Below are positions 51,593 to 60,849 of a DNA stretch of 64,000 nucleotides, piece by piece. The DNA comes from an uncultured Gammaproteobacteria bacterium (GTDB lineage Bacteria > Patescibacteriota > Patescibacteriia > Magasanikbacterales > GWA2-37-8), in assembly GCA_964536615.1 (NCBI GenBank), contig CAZHYG010000002.1, forward strand, positions 45,000-108,999, written 5' to 3'. Below the pieces are notes generated by a model, which was not told where the DNA came from, did not search any database, and saw only the letters and a list, made by a program, of their open reading frames with translations. The position numbers were made by a program, and so were the translations under genes. Within the stretch, counting starts at the first letter, position 1. Each line of letters begins with the position of its first letter.

Positions 51593-52498
51593 CTACTTGA
51601 TGTAGTCGGGATGACGGTAGGACGGCATGACACCACCCTTCAAAAACGACATCTCTGGGTCGGTGTTTTCCGCCTGAGCAAAGAAGCTCTGGCGGACGAA
51701 CTTCGTCCCGAGCTTGTTCATATGGCGGATATGGCCCTCCGGGTCGACGTCTGGGTCGGGGGCCCGATAGACCCTGACACCATCACCCCTGGGGAGGATA
51801 GGCGCGAAACAGGGGCCGAAGGTGCGCGCCAGCCGGATGAGTGGCACGATCTCTTCCACGCCCGCATTGTCGTAAGCATAGAAGAGCTTGCCGCTTTCCC
51901 AGGCTTCCGCGCGGGACTTGATCGGCGCATCCTTCTTCGGCTTGGCGCTTCGAGCGTCGAAGCAACCCACCTGAACCAGCGACATGAGATGCCACATCGC
52001 GAAGGTGTTCGCAATGCGGCCCTGCATGATCGACTCGGTCAGCTCAGTGATGGCGAGTCCCATCGCGAGCGCGCCAGCTTCGGCGGCAGTGACCAGATCT
52101 TCCGCGGCTTCATTCGTGAAGTAGGCCTCGGCCTCCTTTGAAAGAACAATGCCGTAGTCACAACCGGCGCGGAGGAGCTTGGCCGTCCCGTAGTTCAAGA
52201 TGCCGACGAAGATGTCGCCGTGCTTGACCTCGGAAACGAACACACCCTTCCAGCCCTTGACCCGGATGGCCTCGCGCAGCTTGGGCGCGGTTTGGCCACA
52301 GTCCTTCTCGGCGTAGGCATCGTCCGTGGGGACGAGGATCTCGACGCGCGAGACGAACGAGCGTCCACCGACCTGAACGGACAGCATCCGCTCCACACTT
52401 GCCACCGCAAGAGCGACGGCGTTGTCGACCAGGTTTGGTTCACGAGCAAAACAGCGCAGGAGGGCGCCTACCTTCTTTGAATCGAGCAGCATGATCAT
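51593..52498 (-). CDS. Hypothetical protein encoded in GC-rich foreign-composition DNA
   Basis: Ala/Gly/Arg-rich with high-GC codon usage, unlike its neighbours. Start set at the ATG preceded by GGAG (MLLDSKK). No domain recognised confidently. Confidence 0.5.
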   Translation of the reverse strand: MIMLLDSKKVGALLRCFAREPNLVDNAVALAVASVERMLSVQVGGRSFVSRVEILVPTDDAYAEKDCGQTAPKLREAIRVKGWKGVFVSEVKHGDIFVGILNYGTAKLLRAGCDYGIVLSKEAEAYFTNEAAEDLVTAAEAGALAMGLAITELTESIMQGRIANTFAMWHLMSLVQVGCFDARSAKPKKDAPIKSRAEAWESGKLFYAYDNAGVEEIVPLIRLARTFGPCFAPILPRGDGVRVYRAPDPDVDPEGHIRHMNKLGTKFVRQSFFAQAENTDPEMSFLKGGVMPSYRHPDYIK

Positions 52499-52607
52499 CT
52501 CCAGATTGGTGGGCCCTTGGGGTTCTTTTCCCCTCGGGCACTCTGTCGATTTTCCCTCTAAAAAGAGAGGGGGCTTCATTACACACTTCTTTATATGTGT
52601 AACAAAG

Positions 52608-52640
52608 GAGCATACTACAAAAACCAGGCTTCGTCAAGCC
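52608..52640 (-). terminator. Rho-independent terminator downstream of the ComEC-MBL gene
   Basis: CAGGCTT-cgtc-AAGCCTG perfect 7-bp stem; on the minus strand it is followed by TTTTTGT. Confidence 0.5.
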
Positions 52641-52661
52641 TGATATAGAAAACAAAACCTA

Positions 52662-53567
52662 TTAAAACTCCACTATACTACCTATTAAATCGGTTCGGAG
52701 AATCTGTATCTGCGCCCTTTCCAATTTTCGCAAGACTCGCAAAGACGGGTGTCCGTATTTATTACGCGCACCTACAGAAATAACGGCTTCTTTGGCTTTA
52801 ACCGCCTTTAAAAAATTTTCTCCCGACGATGTGTCGCTGCCATGATGACCAACTTTAAGAACCCTTGCTTCCAGAGACGGGCAATCAAACGTAGATGTGT
52901 TCACACAATATTTGGCAAGCAAAGCGTCTTCCAGCGGCATTTCCATATCGGCGGTAAATAAAAAACTGCTGCTGGCATTAGTTAAACGAAATATAATGGA
53001 ATAATTATTACTATCATCGGCGCCAACAGACATATTCAAAGTTTTATCCGGAGATAAAAACTCCAAAGTAGAGCTGGCTATTTTCCACACTTCCGGAGCG
53101 TTAATGATTTGTGTCTGCGCCCGCTCGCCTGCCGCTGCCTGCTCAAATGTTTTATAAAAAGAATCCGGTTTAACATGTCCGTTAAGAATGATTTTTTTAA
53201 CTACATAGTTTCGCAGCACGTCCACACAGCCGCCATAATGATCCAAATCGGGATGTGTAACCAGCAGATAATCTATAGTGCGATCATAAAACCGCAACGA
53301 CTGGCCAAGCTGAGATAAAATTTTTCTATCCGGCCCGCAATCTACCAGCATCTGTTCTCCATTTGCAAAATCAATAAGCGTCGCGTCGCCTTGTCCGATA
53401 TCAAAAAAACTTACTTTAAACGCATGTCTGGCAGTTTCTTTATACAAAAAATAAATCAGCAAACCCACTGAGAACAACAATACAATACCGGCAATAATCA
53501 AAAGTTTTTTGCGTAACAGCATTGATTTAATATAATTACCAAGCGTATAATGTACCCATAGTATCAT
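52662..53567 (-). CDS. ComEC/Rec2-type metallo-beta-lactamase domain protein (stand-alone, N-terminal TM anchor)
   Basis: 'DIGQGDATLID', 'LLVTHPDLDHYGG' MBL motifs characteristic of the ComEC C-terminal domain. Confidence 0.7.
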   Translation of the reverse strand: MILWVHYTLGNYIKSMLLRKKLLIIAGIVLLFSVGLLIYFLYKETARHAFKVSFFDIGQGDATLIDFANGEQMLVDCGPDRKILSQLGQSLRFYDRTIDYLLVTHPDLDHYGGCVDVLRNYVVKKIILNGHVKPDSFYKTFEQAAAGERAQTQIINAPEVWKIASSTLEFLSPDKTLNMSVGADDSNNYSIIFRLTNASSSFLFTADMEMPLEDALLAKYCVNTSTFDCPSLEARVLKVGHHGSDTSSGENFLKAVKAKEAVISVGARNKYGHPSLRVLRKLERAQIQILRTDLIGSIVEF

Positions 53568-53589
53568 ATTTACTTATTCGCAACCATCT

Positions 53590-54693
53590 ATGAATAAAGC
53601 CTCTGTTATACGTTTTTTCTATCAAAACTTTCTTAAGAAAATATTTTTTCGCATTGACCCCGAAGTGGTGCATGACCACATGGTGCGTGCCGGCATATTC
53701 CTAGGTTCGCACGCGTTTACCCGCACTATCACCCGCTGGTTTTTTGACTACCAAAACGACGTGCTTAAGCAGCAAATTTTAGGAATTACGTTTGCCAATC
53801 CAGTCGGCTTATCGGCAGGCTTTGATAAAAATGCCGAGCTGACCGATATTCTTCCATGTGTTGGTTTTGGCTTTGTTGAAGTAGGATCTGTTACCGGAGA
53901 ACCTTGCGCCGGCAATCCCAAGCCAAGATTGTGGCGCTTACCGCAAAGCAAAGGCTTGGTGGTATATTACGGATTAAAAAATGACGGTTGCGTCGCTATC
54001 GCCAACCGTTTGCGCAGTAAAAAATTTACCTTTCCGGTTGGCGTTAGTATTGCTAAAACAAATTGCGAAAGAACAGCAGACACACAAGCTGGCGTTGAAG
54101 ATTACACTGCCGCATATGTGGCTCTTAAAGATATCGGTGATTATATAACGGTTAACATTAGCTGCCCGAACGCATTTGGCGGACAACCATTTACCGATAC
54201 TGAACGGCTTGAAAAGCTGCTCGCGTCTTTAGACCAGCACCCATCTTCCAAACCGATTTTTATTAAACTATCTCCGGATTTAAGCGACGCTGAGCTTGAG
54301 AATATTATATGTGTTTCAGAAAATCATCATGTAGACGGTTTTATCTGCACCAACCTTGTTAAAAAAAGAGAAAATATTACCCTAGCTGATAAAACACTTC
54401 CGGAAACCGGAGGCATCAGTGGCCGCGCCATTAGCGCTCAATCGGATCGCTGCATTGCGACCGTATACAAAAAAACGGGCGGTAAGAAAATAATCATTGG
54501 CGTGGGAGGCATATTTAGCGCCGAAGATGCATATGCAAAAATACGCCTTGGCGCTTCTCTATTACAACTTATTACCGGCATGATATTTGAAGGGCCGCAG
54601 CTGATTGGCGAAATAAACCGAGGATTGGTGCGGCTGTTAAAACGCGACGGGTTTAACCATATTTCTGAAGCAATCGGCGTTGATAATAAATAA
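53590..54693 (+). CDS. pyrD: Dihydroorotate dehydrogenase (quinone), class 2
   Basis: N-terminal membrane-association segment, 'FGFVEVGSVT', 'NISCPN', 'GVGGI' DHOD motifs; 367 aa. Confidence 0.8.
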   Translation: MNKASVIRFFYQNFLKKIFFRIDPEVVHDHMVRAGIFLGSHAFTRTITRWFFDYQNDVLKQQILGITFANPVGLSAGFDKNAELTDILPCVGFGFVEVGSVTGEPCAGNPKPRLWRLPQSKGLVVYYGLKNDGCVAIANRLRSKKFTFPVGVSIAKTNCERTADTQAGVEDYTAAYVALKDIGDYITVNISCPNAFGGQPFTDTERLEKLLASLDQHPSSKPIFIKLSPDLSDAELENIICVSENHHVDGFICTNLVKKRENITLADKTLPETGGISGRAISAQSDRCIATVYKKTGGKKIIIGVGGIFSAEDAYAKIRLGASLLQLITGMIFEGPQLIGEINRGLVRLLKRDGFNHISEAIGVDNK

Positions 54694-54695
54694 AA

Positions 54696-55304
54696 TTATT
54701 TCTTTGCAATAATAATCTGATTAACCCAAAGCTCGCCTTCTTTTATAAAAACTTCTTCTTGTATTTGGAAAGCAAGCGACTCAATAATTTCTCTGACTTT
54801 TTCTGGACGATGATAATATGATTCTATAATAATCAAGCCGCTATCAGTTTTTACTTCTGGCGGAGTTTTTTGATTAATGTTTGTTACTGCCAAAATTCCT
54901 CCATCCTTTAAAACTCTGTATGCTTCATCAAAAAACCTGGTCGGATCTTTTAAATGCACAATCAAAAATGAAGCTGTCACGATATCAAATGTTTCATCGG
55001 CAAAATCCAAACGCTCCGCATCGCCCACCTGAGTTATAATCTTATTATTTTTTCTTTTAAGAAGCTCCAACATTTTTGGCGAAACATCTACTGCTGTAAC
55101 CTGCGCACCCCTATTTGCCATAGGCAAAGATAAGCGGCCCGTACCAGCTCCCACGTCTAAAACTGCCTTGCCGGCCAAAGAGCCAAGCAACGGCACCAGC
55201 TCCCCTTGCTCAAAACTATTTAGGTAATTCTCGTTTTTATCATATTCCTTAGCAGCCAAATTGTATCCGTCTTCGGAAGATAATACTTTTATTTTTTTTG
55301 CCAT
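54696..55304 (-). CDS. Class I SAM-dependent methyltransferase
   Basis: 'VLDVGAGTGRLSL' motif I, 'LKDGGILAV' post-II region. Confidence 0.7.
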   Translation of the reverse strand: MAKKIKVLSSEDGYNLAAKEYDKNENYLNSFEQGELVPLLGSLAGKAVLDVGAGTGRLSLPMANRGAQVTAVDVSPKMLELLKRKNNKIITQVGDAERLDFADETFDIVTASFLIVHLKDPTRFFDEAYRVLKDGGILAVTNINQKTPPEVKTDSGLIIIESYYHRPEKVREIIESLAFQIQEEVFIKEGELWVNQIIIAKK

Positions 55305-56830
55305 ACAAATATTTTTTGTTTTTTATGTTCTCGCACAATTATATATATGATGCTGCTATATAGCAAGATCATGGCCCAAAACGGAATGTGCACTTCAAGC
55401 GCAGACCAAGCCTGCCTGCCAAACCAATCCACCACCATTATAACATACCTGGTGCCCAGCCAAGCACACCACGCTACCGCCTGACCCAATGGAAAAAATA
55501 TAAAACTGAGCACAAGCCCCACAAAACCAAATAGCATAAGCATCGGAATAATCCAAAGCACTAATATGTTTACCAGCGGCGCTGATACGGAAAATCTGCC
55601 GAACTGATGCATGATAAGCGGTAACGTAGCCACAATCGCGGCCATGGTAGTAAAAAAAGTTTCAGATATAGTTTGTATAAAAGCCGGCATAGCACCAACA
55701 ACCGACTCGGCATAGCGCTGAAAAATTGGCGCGATATATACCAACCCGATAGTGGCTAAAAACGACAGCTGAAATCCCGCGTCCCATAATAAGACATATG
55801 GATTAAAAATCATCATAACCACAGCCGCATATATAAGCGCGCGGCTTATAGCAGACATGCGACCGATATGCTGAGAAACAAGTGTTAACAGCGCCATAAT
55901 TCCAGCTCGCACTACCGAAGCGCTAGCACCGGTAAAAAATACAAAACAACCAACCAGGCAAACCAAAAACCAAAAGGATTGCCGCCGAAATAATCCGGCG
56001 TATATAAGAAGCGTATTAAGAGCCACAACCATAATGGTTACGTTGTACCCGGATACCGCCACAATATGACTCACTCCCGTGCGGCTAAAATTGTCTGTTA
56101 TCTGCTTGGGAAGCCCGCTGCGACTACCGTACAATATACCAGCCAATAAACTACTATCCGGCTCAGGCCAAAGCTTAGCAATATGCGCAGCAATTATATT
56201 TTTAACTGTCAGCATATACATAACTACTCTGTTGCCTTTATTGCCTCCCAACGATTTAATTTTTGGATTGCCGCACACAGACCATACATTTTGTTTGGCC
56301 AAATATTTTTTGTAATTAAACCCGCTGCCTTCTATATTTTTAGGCTCTTGCAATACGCATTCCATTTGCAGCGCTTCTCCATACATATACTCCGGATATA
56401 TTTTTGTTTTTAGCAGAATATTTCCTGATACATTGCGCCATTTATCTTTTTCTTGCAGACGCGTGGCGCGCAATATAAACTGCGCTTCGCCAATACCGCG
56501 ATACGGTTCGGCATTAACAAACCCTTCGATTGTTAACTTTTGATTATAGTACGCATAAACAGAGGAAGAATTTATATGTGGTATGGTTATTAAAAATCGG
56601 CATCCGCCCGCTAGAAATACACATATACATGCCAAAATAAACGCAATATATTTTTTATGCCAACACATAATAGCGCTGGCAGCCAAACCAAACATTGCAA
56701 CATACGCATACATCAAAAAACGATCTGTGTTTAACAAAGAAAAGCTGCCTGCGCCGGCAATAAAACAAAAACAAAACGCCAGAAGCATTTTGTTTTTGGA
56801 TAACAAAATTTTTTCCACCCCCTCCTTCAT
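55289..56830 (-). CDS. comEC: ComEC/Rec2 competence channel, membrane part (DUF4131 + Competence domain)
   Basis: Polytopic protein; 'LLAGILYGSRSGLP', 'GVSHIVAVSGYNVTI' conserved Competence-domain motifs. Lacks the MBL domain, which is encoded separately at 52662-53567. Confidence 0.75.
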   Translation of the reverse strand: MKEGVEKILLSKNKMLLAFCFCFIAGAGSFSLLNTDRFLMYAYVAMFGLAASAIMCWHKKYIAFILACICVFLAGGCRFLITIPHINSSSVYAYYNQKLTIEGFVNAEPYRGIGEAQFILRATRLQEKDKWRNVSGNILLKTKIYPEYMYGEALQMECVLQEPKNIEGSGFNYKKYLAKQNVWSVCGNPKIKSLGGNKGNRVVMYMLTVKNIIAAHIAKLWPEPDSSLLAGILYGSRSGLPKQITDNFSRTGVSHIVAVSGYNVTIMVVALNTLLIYAGLFRRQSFWFLVCLVGCFVFFTGASASVVRAGIMALLTLVSQHIGRMSAISRALIYAAVVMMIFNPYVLLWDAGFQLSFLATIGLVYIAPIFQRYAESVVGAMPAFIQTISETFFTTMAAIVATLPLIMHQFGRFSVSAPLVNILVLWIIPMLMLFGFVGLVLSFIFFPLGQAVAWCAWLGTRYVIMVVDWFGRQAWSALEVHIPFWAMILLYSSIIYIIVREHKKQKIFVWQKK

Positions 56831-56836
56831 ACTGCA

Positions 56837-59800
56837 CTAAACCACGATACTAATTAATTTTCCTTTGACGTAAATAATTTTTTTCGGTTCTTTTCCTTCC
56901 AGCCATTTTTGCACTGCGGGACTAGCCAAGACAATTTCTTTGGCAGCAGCTTCGGTAATTTCTGCATCTACAGAAATTGCATCGCGCAATTTGCCATTTA
57001 TCTGCACCGCCAATGTAATTTCCTGCTCTTTAGTTAGAGCTTCGTTATATTCCGGCCAAACCTCTAAAGCAATGCTGCCGCTATTTCCCAATTGATTCCA
57101 TATTTCTTCGCATAAATGAGGCGCGAACGGAGATAATATTTTTACAAACAAAGCATAATCAGACGCGGCGATCTTTTCTTGCTTAGACATTTCATTTGCC
57201 AGCTCCATCATTTTAGCAATGGCCGTATTAAACCGCATATCATCAATATCTTCCGTCACTTTTTTTATAGTTTGATGCAAATACATTTGCGTCTTTGCGT
57301 CTGACGCGGCTGCGCCGCTGGTTTTTTCCTGCAACCCCCAGACTTTTTCCAAAAACCTTCGTACACCCACCAAACCATTAGTATCCCATTCCACCGCCTG
57401 ATCAAACGGGCCCATAAACATAATGTAAGTGCGCAAGGCATCAGCGCCAAATTGCCCCACCATTTCATCCGGGTTTACCACATTGCCGCGGGATTTACTC
57501 ATCTTTTCTCCGCCTTTTGCCAAAATCATGCCGTGCGATGTGCGTTTTTTGTACGGTTCACTGGTTGGCACAAAACCAACATCATACAAAAATTGATTCC
57601 AGAAACGCGAATACAACAAATGCAGCACCGTATGTTCCATGCCGCCATTGTACCAATCTACAGGCATCCACTGTTTTAATAATTCTTGATTCCAAAAATT
57701 CTGTTCTGCCAATCTTTTTTCACCGCCCAGCGCGTACGCCAAGAAATACCAGCTGGACCCGGCCCAATTTGGCATTGTATCTGTTTCACGCCGTGCTGCC
57801 CCGCCACAATTTGGACATTTTGTTTTTACCCATTTTTCCATAGCGGCCAATGGTGATTCACCTGTATCGGTTGGCTGATACTGTTCAACTTTAGGAAGTT
57901 TAAGCGGCAATTCGCTTTCTGGCAGCGGCACCCAGCCGGTGTTTTTAGCTGAAACAATAATCTCCGACAAAAAGCTGCCGGTATATTGATTAAAATGACC
58001 GAAACCATTTGTTTTATACAGATACCAATCTGATGGATATATTGAACGCGAGGGTTCGGGTACTTTCTCATCGTCTGCAGACCATACTACAGTTTTATTT
58101 TTTACTAATGAGGAAACCAGTTCAATATCAATTGGCGTTTCAATAAATAGTCGCAACAACTCAACACTGTCTTCGTGATCTGGATGATCTTTTTTTCTAA
58201 TATCCCAATATTGCTCTGAATATTTTCCAAATGCTGGCGCAATTAAATACAGTGAACCGATACGTTTTTTATTTTTTGCCAAAACGCTTAAAGCCGCGTG
58301 TCCGCCTAAACTATGCCCTATCACAATATCATTTTCACCCAACTGTTCGACATACTGTTTTAATTCTTCCATCCATTTTTCAAATACAGGCTCATCTTTC
58401 GTAGACATTACTGGCGCCATCACTTCAAAACCCTGCGCTTCAAGCTGTTTTTGCAGTGCGCCTGTAGTCACGCCAGAACTTCTAAACCCATGAATAAGCA
58501 ATACTTTTTGTTTTTTATTTTTACAGTGCTCGCAATACACAAGCGGAATCGGTTCACCCCAATACCGCTGGCGAGAAAATACCCAATCGCGCAATTTATA
58601 ATTTGTCTGCTTTTTGCCGATTTTATTTTTTTCCAGCCAGGCAACTATTTTTTCTTTAGCCTCATCTGAAACTAAACCATCAAATTCTCCCGAATTAACT
58701 ATTCTACCAGTTTCGGTAAATGGTTTATTTTTTATATAATGCTCAAAAAAAACTTTATGACTTGTGGCAAATGTAGGAAGTTTTAAAATCTCTTCAGCAC
58801 TCATCCAACCTCCTTTTACAGTTTCGGCATCAATTATTTCACGGCGAGCGTTACTACCTAGTTGAGCAACAAATACAGAATCGTGGCAAATTTCTTCACG
58901 AGATTTCCTTACTTTATAACCTCGACCATATGCATGCTCAAGCAGAGGTTTAATACTTTTAATATCTGTATAACCTGATTCTTCGGTAACTTCACGTGAA
59001 GCAGTATCTAAAACAGCTTCACCGGATTCAACATGCCCCCCAACAAAACCTTGTAATGCTTCAGAAAAATTAACTACATAAAACAATTCTTTGTCCCAAT
59101 GTTTAATAATGGTGGTAGCTGCACGAAACTCAATAATATTTTGATCACTGCGTGGAGCACCATCTCCAGTTTGCACAATATATGGTGCAACAACTTGTTT
59201 AATCGGCAGCCCAAACTTCTTTGCAAAATCAAAATCACGTTCATCATGCGCTGGCACGCCCATAAGCGCCCCCGTACCAACTCCACCCATTACATAATTG
59301 GTTACCCATACCGACACAGATTCTTTTGATACCGGGTTAACAGCCAATACATCCGTGCGTACACCGGTTTTTTCTTGCTCTTCACGCGTGGTAATTGCAG
59401 CGCGATTTTTTAATTCTTGATCAATATATTGCACCACTTCTGCGCTTGGCTTCCAACCGGCGTCCAGCCAGCTTTTTGCCAGCTCCGGAGAAATAGCTAA
59501 AAAAGTTACGCCAAAAATAGTATCGGGGCGCGTAGTAAACACGGTAACTGAATACGCGCCGTCAGCCTGACCCGGCACACGCAACGGAAACACCACTTCC
59601 GCGCCTTCGCTTTTACCAATCCAATTTTCCTGTTGCACGCGAGCGCGTTCAATATAATTTACATCTTTGAGGCCTTCCAATAATTTATCGGCATATTTGG
59701 TTATACCGAGCATCCATTGTTCTTTGTTTCTTTTTTCTACAGCTGTACCGCAACGCTCACAACAACCCCCAACCACCTCTTCATTAGCCAAACCAATTTT

Positions 59801-60307
59801 ATCTTTAGGGCACCAATTGATTGGCTGATTTTTTTTATATGCCAAACCATGCTTGTAGAATTGCAAAAACAACCACTGTGTCCATTTATAATAATTGGGA
59901 TCAGTAGTATCTACCTGCCTTGACCAATCAAAACCAAAGCCGAGCATTTTTAACTGCCGAGTAAAATTGGCAATATTTTTTTTGGTCACTTCGGCTGGCG
60001 GCTTGCCAGTTTTAATAGCAAAATTTTCGGTTGGCAATCCAAAGGCATCAAAACCAATCGGAAACAAAACATTTTTGCCCTCCATGCGTTTTTTACGAGT
60101 TATAACATCCATGGCGGTAAACGGACGCGGATGGCCAACATGCAAACCTTCACCACTCGGATATGGAAACTCAATCAGGCCATAAAACTTTTCCCCGGAA
60201 GGGATCCCTGCGGGACTTTGGGTATTTTCTGCAACCTCAAATGTTTTTTGTTTAGCCCAATATTTTTGCCATTTTGGCTCAATTTTTTTCGGATCGTATT
60301 TTTTCAT
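56837..60307 (-). CDS. leuS: Leucyl-tRNA synthetase with two large inserted domains (Nudix-box domain; GxSxG alpha/beta-hydrolase-like domain)
   Basis: HIGH 'HVGH', KMSKS 'KMSKS', CP1 editing domain, 'RDWVFSRQRYWGEPIP', 'RETDTM' all present. Extra ~160 aa with Nudix box 'GGHVESGEAVLDTASREVTEESGY' and extra ~200 aa with 'VIGHSLGGHAA'. Confidence 0.9.
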   Translation of the reverse strand: MKKYDPKKIEPKWQKYWAKQKTFEVAENTQSPAGIPSGEKFYGLIEFPYPSGEGLHVGHPRPFTAMDVITRKKRMEGKNVLFPIGFDAFGLPTENFAIKTGKPPAEVTKKNIANFTRQLKMLGFGFDWSRQVDTTDPNYYKWTQWLFLQFYKHGLAYKKNQPINWCPKDKIGLANEEVVGGCCERCGTAVEKRNKEQWMLGITKYADKLLEGLKDVNYIERARVQQENWIGKSEGAEVVFPLRVPGQADGAYSVTVFTTRPDTIFGVTFLAISPELAKSWLDAGWKPSAEVVQYIDQELKNRAAITTREEQEKTGVRTDVLAVNPVSKESVSVWVTNYVMGGVGTGALMGVPAHDERDFDFAKKFGLPIKQVVAPYIVQTGDGAPRSDQNIIEFRAATTIIKHWDKELFYVVNFSEALQGFVGGHVESGEAVLDTASREVTEESGYTDIKSIKPLLEHAYGRGYKVRKSREEICHDSVFVAQLGSNARREIIDAETVKGGWMSAEEILKLPTFATSHKVFFEHYIKNKPFTETGRIVNSGEFDGLVSDEAKEKIVAWLEKNKIGKKQTNYKLRDWVFSRQRYWGEPIPLVYCEHCKNKKQKVLLIHGFRSSGVTTGALQKQLEAQGFEVMAPVMSTKDEPVFEKWMEELKQYVEQLGENDIVIGHSLGGHAALSVLAKNKKRIGSLYLIAPAFGKYSEQYWDIRKKDHPDHEDSVELLRLFIETPIDIELVSSLVKNKTVVWSADDEKVPEPSRSIYPSDWYLYKTNGFGHFNQYTGSFLSEIIVSAKNTGWVPLPESELPLKLPKVEQYQPTDTGESPLAAMEKWVKTKCPNCGGAARRETDTMPNWAGSSWYFLAYALGGEKRLAEQNFWNQELLKQWMPVDWYNGGMEHTVLHLLYSRFWNQFLYDVGFVPTSEPYKKRTSHGMILAKGGEKMSKSRGNVVNPDEMVGQFGADALRTYIMFMGPFDQAVEWDTNGLVGVRRFLEKVWGLQEKTSGAAASDAKTQMYLHQTIKKVTEDIDDMRFNTAIAKMMELANEMSKQEKIAASDYALFVKILSPFAPHLCEEIWNQLGNSGSIALEVWPEYNEALTKEQEITLAVQINGKLRDAISVDAEITEAAAKEIVLASPAVQKWLEGKEPKKIIYVKGKLISIVV

Positions 60308-60382
60308 ACTCTCAACTTTGCTTATAGAAACATATTAAACCTATTTTCTTAGTTTACCTAAGAATAGACAAATAATCAAGAA

Positions 60383-60411
60383 AAGACAGCCATTTTCAGG
60401 CTGTCTTTTTT
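60383..60411. terminator. Bidirectional hairpin terminator downstream of trxA
   Basis: AGACAGCC-attttca-GGCTGTCT with A-run before and T-run after. Confidence 0.5.
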
Positions 60412-60426
60412 ATATATGTATTTTAT

Positions 60427-60720
60427 TTATACGTGCTTATCAATCATTGCTTGCAGCTTTTCTTTCGGCACGCCGCCAACCACTTGGTCTGCCGGCTGTC
60501 CGTCTTTAAACAATACAAAAGAAGGGATGCTCATGATGTTATATTTGGTGGCGATTTCCGGATTTTCATCTACATTGCATTTGCCGATTTTTATATTTTT
60601 ACCTTCGTAGGCTTTGGCCATTTCTTCTACCACCGGCCCCATCATTTGGCATGGACCGCACCAGGCTGCCCAAAAATCAACAAAAACAGGTGTAGTTGAT
60701 TTTAACACTTCAGCATCAAA
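60427..60720 (-). CDS. trxA: Thioredoxin
   Basis: 'WAAWCGPCQM' active site; start moved to the internal ATG (MEHIFTE) to give a typical length. Confidence 0.85.
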   Translation of the reverse strand, partial: FDAEVLKSTTPVFVDFWAAWCGPCQMMGPVVEEMAKAYEGKNIKIGKCNVDENPEIATKYNIMSIPSFVLFKDGQPADQVVGGVPKEKLQAMIDKHV

Positions 60721-60849
60721 GTTTGCTTCAGTAAATATGTGTTCCATATTATGAAAAGAGTGATAGAAAAAGTTAAATGTGCTTAACTTTTTCCGATAAA
60801 TAAGCATACACGGGCTACCGCCTATGTATTTTAAAAATTAATAATACGG

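Noticed and set aside
51611-52480. Antisense/off-frame ORFs in the second GC-rich island (51611-52141+, 51718-52014-, 52195-52449-, 52220-52480+)
   Set aside because: Same high-GC artefact; Arg/Ala-rich with no start context.
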